NCBI GenBank assembly: GCA_905331295.1
Contig: CAJNYD010000249.1
Span: forward strand, 1 to 44,851
Direction: 5' to 3'
Source: Rotaria socialis
Lineage: Eukaryota
Length of the DNA stretch: 44,851 nt
The notes beneath the pieces are model-generated. The model saw only the letters and a program-made list of their open reading frames with translations. It was not told the DNA's origin and searched no databases. Positions 38,738 through 44,851 of the stretch are shown here, one piece after another. Numbering within the stretch: position 1 is the stretch's first letter; each line of letters starts with the position of its first letter. The position numbers were made by a program, and so were the translations under genes.

Positions 38738-39686
38738 TGGTAGAGTCAATCAAGGAAACTATAAGGCCAGAAATTTCTCCGATTGAAATGGGCAAAAACT
38801 TAAAATTTCTATTGACATAATGGAAATTAATAATCGAATTTCAATCGATTTAAATTTGAAATCTATAATCATGATTTATTCAAAATGGATTCCCAGGTCA
38901 ATGATTCTGAAGAACGGATACTATAGGAACTGATCGAAAAGATGCAGAAAAAGTAAATAAATAACTGTTGTTAAGTTTATAAGGTTTTGCAATTTTGAAG
39001 AATAGCAATCCCTCTAATGTCATTGAAAGATCTACCAGTCAATAGAATCCAATAATCCAATCTATTGTAATTTGCTAAATTCTGCCAATCTATTATTATT
39101 CCTTTACTTGACCCACTCTAGTATATTTTTTTAAGTTATTGTCTTCAATCTATAACTACCTTTGAGTTTGTTTGAATTTATCAGTACTTGCCAATCGACA
39201 CTAATGTATTCTTATTCCATAATCGATTATACTCTGCTATATGCTCTCAATCAATTTATCTGTTATACCTGCAAAGTTAACGTCTCGCTCAATATTCGCA
39301 CGCTGACGTGAGTCTTAATTGTTTTATTATTTTTCTGGTTTCCAATTCATGAAAAATTGCTAAGGTGCCATGAAAAGAAAACCTGACAAAAATGGTACAC
39401 CTTCTATAGATATTGTTTCAATTGATTTACAGATTTCAATTGGTTCTAATCGAGTTTTCAGTCTAAAACGACAGTTATTTTGAAATAATGAAATTTTAAA
39501 AATAATCATCAAAAAGATTGCTGCTGTTTTTGAGACTCTTTTCAGTGAAAAAAGTTTATCATATACTTGCAATTTATTACTTTCATAAAATTTTTTTCTT
39601 TACCTGTAGTACGCGGAAGTTTTCCATCTAAACATTCAAGAAAATTATATTTGCTGTCACTTAATTCTAGTAATAATTTTTGTTAC

Positions 39687-39884
39687 ATGGAGTCGGATGA
39701 AGAAACTTGTCGCATTTTGGCTTTCCGCACTCATTCCCATCACGACATTTTTGTTTACGACCACGTGGATGATTGGAAATACATTCATATTTGTCACATT
39801 CACGTCCATCATCACAAGCACTCCATCCCTCTGGATGTTTGAACGGGCAATCAAATTTGTAACATCGGATACCGCTGAGACATT
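39687..39884 (-). CDS. Exon with three tandem CCCH zinc fingers (Nab2/ZC3H14-like spacing)
   Basis: CLSGIRCYKFDCPFKH, CDDGRECDKYECISNH and CRDGNECGKPKCDKFLH (C-x5-C-x4-C-x3/4-H); bounded by ccaag| and |gtaaca. Confidence 0.75.
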
Positions 39885-40828
39885 CTTGGATAGCAATTGC
39901 CAATATAAAATATCATGACAGAAGATTCAGATTGAAAAAATTTTGCAATCAATAATTGCACAACATCGATTATTTATGATTAAAAGGTTGGGAACGTTTT
40001 GTGTGCATTTTCGACACAATTACAGGATATTACCCAACTAATCATAGAATCTCGGCACATGTCAAGGGAAAAAACAAATAAATTGACCTCTCGTGATTTT
40101 CAGTGATTCCTATTCCTGAAAATCCATTGTTAAGTGTGCATAACACATTGTCAGGAATCATAGAAAATGTTCAGAAATCAAGAAAAACTATGAGAAATCG
40201 ATAGAGTTTAAGAGTAGTTAGTCAGTGTATGGAGCATTATGGGGAAAAGAGAATTACTGAAAGTAATCAGCAGTCAATAGAGATCATGTGTTTACTTTTA
40301 AATGTATATTAGAAGAACTTCTGTGATATGAAATGCTTCCTTGTAATTTTCGATAGGTTCTAATGACTTCTTGTGACCCTCCGTGGGCTAAAGTTAGTTT
40401 TCAGTCGTTATTCGCATTTTAAACACTTTTATGGCGATTGCTAGTGATTTCCAATCACTTCTGATGATTTCTGACAAGAAACCTGTTGTTCCCAGTTGAC
40501 CATTGCACATCAGGAGTGGTACATTTGCTTTACTCTTTCAAAAAGTAAATAACGCGATTCAAATAACATATTTACTAGTTAATTTAGCGAAAGTAAAATA
40601 AGTAATAGCTAGTTACTTTTGTCAAAGTGAATATGATTATTAATGAATGTTATTTATCCATAACTATATTTACTCTTACTAAAGCAAATAGTAAATAGTT
40701 TGTTTATATATATACTAGTAAATAGAAACTGAAGTCTCAACCTTGGCGCACACTTTGACGCCTCACTCCCCTAAAACAGAGGAGGCGCTTTAGTTAATGA
40801 ATCGTTGCGTAATCTGGAACTTGAATCA

Positions 40829-40964
40829 CAATCTAAATAAAAATCGTTTTCTTGGAAACCCACAATAAAAGGTTTCCAAGATCAGTCCGGATACCCTTTT
40901 GGGTATAAAAAAGCTGGAAACCTTTTTTTGTGGGTTTCCAAGAAAACGATTTTTATTTAGAGTG
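40829..40964. mobile_element. Small palindromic MITE
   Basis: ~50-bp TIR ctaaataaaaatcgttttcttggaaacccaca / tgtgggtttccaagaaaacgatttttatttag. Confidence 0.75.
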
Positions 40965-41357
40965 CAGTGCATTTACATCAAAATTTACCCAGTTTTCAGG
41001 ATCATGTTTCAGCGAAAATCTGAAAATATTGTTCTGTAGATTACAGCTGGGGTCGCAAAATCCTAAGAGCCGCCTCATTGGCTGAAAAAGAACTTAAGTT
41101 AAGTTTTGTGAAAAATATAGGACCTAACACAAGATCATCCTGGAAAACTTTTACGCTTAGACATAATCGAAGACATCGGGGTCTTCTACTAGAGCTACGA
41201 CAGTTCCATATTGGTTCCGATCTTCGGAACTGCCACACAAGTTCTTTGATCGGAACTGATCTGTTGAAACAGTTCATTGATCGGAGCTGATCTGCTGGAA
41301 CAGTTCTTTGGTCGAAACTGATCTGCTCTTGAGGTTGTGAGTATTGCTGTGGCTGTG

Positions 41358-41882
41358 CTCTGAAAAAAATAAAGGAGGTTTGCAGAACCCTCTGAAAAGG
41401 TTCTGTAGATTTCCAAAATGCTCCGAATGCGCCCAAAGTCTCAAAAAAAGGATACAAATGTGTACAGAACCTTTTGGAGGTTCAGCGTTTTACCCAATCG
41501 CAGAACCATCTCTTACTGAACCTTTTTTAAGTTCAGTACAGCAAAAAGAGGTTCTGTGAAAAAATACGAAACCTTGAAGGTTCTGTACAAAATTATCAAC
41601 TGTTTTTACGTAACCCTAATGGTTCCATACTGAACCCTACTCATTTTGTACAGAACCTTCAAGGTTTCATATTTTTTTACGGAACCTTTTTTGCTGTACA
41701 GAACCGAAAAAAGGTTCGGTAAGAGATGGTTCTGTGATCGGGTAAAACGCAGAAACTCCAAAAGGTTCTGTACAAATTTTTATACTTTTTTTTTCGAGAC
41801 TTTGGACACATTTGAAGCATTTTGGAAATCTACAGAACCTTTTCGGAGGGTTCTGCAGGCCTCCTTTATTTTTTTCAGAGTG
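41358..41882. mobile_element. MITE with ~230-bp TIRs
   Basis: ctctgaaaaaaataaaggagg... / ...cctcctttatttttttcagagtg; explains the mirror-image ORFs in the track. Confidence 0.8.
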
Positions 41883-43231
41883 GGTGTGGGTGTGGGTGTG
41901 AGTGTGACTCTGGCTCTGGCTATCGCTGTGTCTGGATGTAGAGAAGTGGACACAGTTCCGGACCAAGAACTGTTCGGGTTGACACAGTTCCCGGGTAGGA
42001 ACTGTTCGGAGAATCTGGTTCGTGGGCAGGAACTGTTCTGAGGATCTGGTTCCCGACAGAGAACTGTGTATTGACTACAGTTCATGTAAAGGAACGGTGT
42101 GTTGGGTACAGTTCTTCGAAAAGATTCGGCTCAAAGAACCGAGAGCTGTGGTAGGTCTATCTTCTACTGTGGATGAGAGGTGGTTAGTAGAAATAGTGAT
42201 CCATATAAATGTCAGCTTCCTAATTTCCTTAGTTTGTTAATATGCAATATTGCTATTTTCATGACTGCGGACTAGGGATGTACTAAGCATAAGTTCAGTC
42301 ACTCAAATTCTCAGGTATGGTATGATTTGTCTAGACTTGAATAGAATTGGAGCTGGATTAGACTGAATCGGACTTTTTTGAATTAGCTATACCTTTCACA
42401 AAGATTCCGTCAGATTCAATAGTTTTTGTTGGTTCCTTATATATATATATACATTACTTCTTGTCGTTTACGGCAGGATAAATCGTGGAATTATCAAAGT
42501 ATTATTCTAGCTCAAAGTTCATTCTACTGAACACAGTATATACCATTATATTTCAATAGTGGGAATCAGATAGAAGCTTAGCTGCATCCGGACAGAAACC
42601 TTCCAGAACCAATGAGTTCACAACGAGAGAAGGGCAGAAATATCTTGGATTTCGGTAGAAATCTAGTTGAAAAATGTGATATTCGAAAAGCTTCAACACA
42701 CTTTCGGAAATTAGGTAGTTTTATGACTGCTACAGCAATTTTGATAGAGATAGGTCTTTAAGGACCTTTTTTTATGAATACTTTACTGATTACTCATTAT
42801 ACGAACTGGATTCACTTATTGGGTAGGAAATGGCTCCTGCCGTTCATTATTTTGTAAGTGGGTGCTAGCACACTTTTAGAAGTGCATATTGCGATTCACT
42901 TGCGAAAGAGGACAGAAGCATTGTGTTTTCCGGCTAGATTTCCCACAAAATCGAGGCTGTTTTCGTCGCCTTCGAGTTCAAAATCCATCGGTTCAGGGAG
43001 GCTTGCATCGGGAGTCCTGCTTCCACGAATTGGGGATCTTTCCTGCTGTTTCTGGCGGGAAGTATTATATGAGGAACCGACAGTTATTTAAAAGGAAACG
43101 ACGACGTTTTTCGTAGATTTCCATCAGATCTTGCAAGTAGAATCATCGACCTGCGTTCGACTTCTTTTGTCTCATGACCGAGATAAGTCAATGGAATGGC
43201 AAAGAATAGCTGCAATTTATTAGAATCCTAC

Positions 43232-44167
43232 CTATTGGTTTGATTGAAGATATGGGTTTGGTTGCAAAGTCATCAAGAAGAAATGGCGATTCAATTTCTT
43301 CCAGTTGAATAATATAAAGATCTGCACCTTGCTTGAGAAAGCCCGTAACTTTCAATTGTCTTGCAGGTGGAAGTAGTATTTCAGCTTCTCTCTGAAAGGT
43401 AGAATAGTTCTGGATATCTTTGCCGCTATGACATGCTATTGCAAACATAGTTCTCGGACCTTTTTCTCCCAAAAATGCTTCACTTTGCAGTGCATTGAGT
43501 GTGGTTGTAGAAGAGCTAAATGCCCACCAAAATAATATTTTGCCTTCCGGATATTCGTTTCTTATGTCTTTTGGAACTCCGCGGTAAACTGTTTTAGTAC
43601 TTGATGGAATGTTTGCTAGTGCAGTAAGAATCAATCGTAGATATAGAAGCCAAGGTTCCAGTTCTTGCAGATTCTTTGATCGTAGCTTCTGATTTAAAGT
43701 GTAATAAAGACTCTCTTCTCGAACTTTCGACTCCATTGTATAGAGTATGATTGCGGCTACTTCATCCACAGATTCAAAACACATTGGGAGATCATTGTAC
43801 TTTTTTTTTGCTTCGTTGACCATATTTTTCACACCTGGCACGCAGAAAGCGATGGGTTCTACAGCTTCTTCAATTGTAACAAGAGCCTTTTCCTTACAAC
43901 TTTGAAATAGATTTGCCACGCGGGCAGTTTCCTCTTCCGTATTCGGAAGAGGAACTCTGCTCCATGCTCCGCTCCATGCTCCGCCCCATGCTCCGCCCCA
44001 TGCTCCGCCCCATGCTCCGCCCCATGCTCCGCCCCATGCTCCGCCCCATGCTCCGCCCCATGCTCCGCCCCATGCTCCGCCGCCTGTTTCCCCTGGATCG
44101 TCCTTAAATCTTGAATGGCTCACCCAATTCGCCCAGAGCTCCTTCAGAGAATTCATTGGATCTGTTT
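43232..44167 (-). CDS. R-S-E class NAD+:arginine ADP-ribosyltransferase exon with an N-terminal GGAW repeat (ORF 43188-44156 if unspliced)
   Basis: [26 protein letters not shown] and QREAEILL (E-x-E); acceptor tttcag| at 44168 and donor G|gtagga at 43231. Confidence 0.88.
43962..44081. repeat. 12-bp minisatellite x10 (ccatgctccgcc) encoding (GGAW)n
   Basis: Near-perfect tandem copies, in frame within the ART ORF. Confidence 0.95.
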
Positions 44168-44851
44168 CTGAAACGCAAAGTATGTAAAAAGTATATCATT
44201 ATTTTAATGCGTTTACATATACCAGTGTCGAAGTTTAAAGTATTTTTTAAAAAGTTGATAGTTGAGAAAAACGAGAAAAAAAGTTAAAATGCTTACAACT
44301 TGAGTTAACTATCAACCATCTTAACCTTATTAAATTGGGTGTGTAGGTTTCGAATCCACAACCACACCCTCAAGCCATAAAAAGCCATCGAAGAAAATTA
44401 GGAGATGTAAGACTAGTTTTGCATTGCGTGCACCCGTTTCTTTCGAATATCTTTTTTAGTATTTTTTACAGAATAAAAAGTTGCACAGCATTTATAAAAT
44501 TCAGTCTGGGTTCTCGTCGTCCTGAAACACCATCAGGTACAATGTCGGACTCGGACTCGCCAAATCAGCCCCTTTGGCCATTGTTCGCTTGATAAACTTG
44601 AATTTTCAGAAATTGTCTCATAGTAGTAAAGTTGATTTTGTTCAGTATTTAATTCTGTATCTTATGGCATATACAATTAAGAATTGCAATGATCTATTGG
44701 ATGCAAGTTGGCACACCGTCTATAGGGTATTTTTTCTTGTTTTTTTCCCGAAACGGGATGATAGTGTTTAAGAAGTTGATATTTGCTAACTTTTGTGAAA
44801 CACGACCTGAAAGGAGTGTTAAAGTGTTTAGGGTAGAAATTTTGCACTCAA

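Noticed and set aside
41041..42240. Several overlapping ORFs (TEPF-rich)
   Set aside because: Arise from MITE inverted repeats and gaactgtt repeats; no protein signature.
43913..44107. Plus-strand ORF with MLRP repeats
   Set aside because: Antisense shadow of the GGAW minisatellite in the ART gene.

Overview
AT-rich eukaryotic DNA with many ~50-60 nt GT-AG introns, most likely from a bdelloid rotifer. This is inferred from (TGTGGG)n telomeric repeats, an intron-containing Athena-type Penelope-like retroelement with a hammerhead ribozyme, an intron-bearing bacterial-type SGNH hydrolase and a typical R-S-E ADP-ribosyltransferase. The left third holds nested DNA transposons (EnSpm/CACTG-like, a MULE, MITEs), a small 3-exon gene, the SGNH gene and an internalised Athena/Terminon bracketed by telomeric repeats. 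The right two-thirds (44.2-17.1 kb, all minus strand) carry a series of RNA-binding, RNase and ADP-ribosylation modules, several missed by the ORF track: ART with WG repeats, 3x CCCH zinc fingers, a YTHDC1-like YTH domain, two FET-type RRMs, a MARF1/limkain-type NYN nuclease, a C2H2 finger and a PARP14-like KH-Macro-WWE-PARP unit. Predicted splice phases allow ART through C2H2 to join into one reading frame. The window is also peppered with short head-to-head (TGTGGG)n-spacer-(CCCACA)n patches at rearrangement junctions. Three N gaps (5817, 15811, 21398) are each flanked by duplicated sequence, so local assembly is uncertain. Gene models were derived by eye and have no transcript support.
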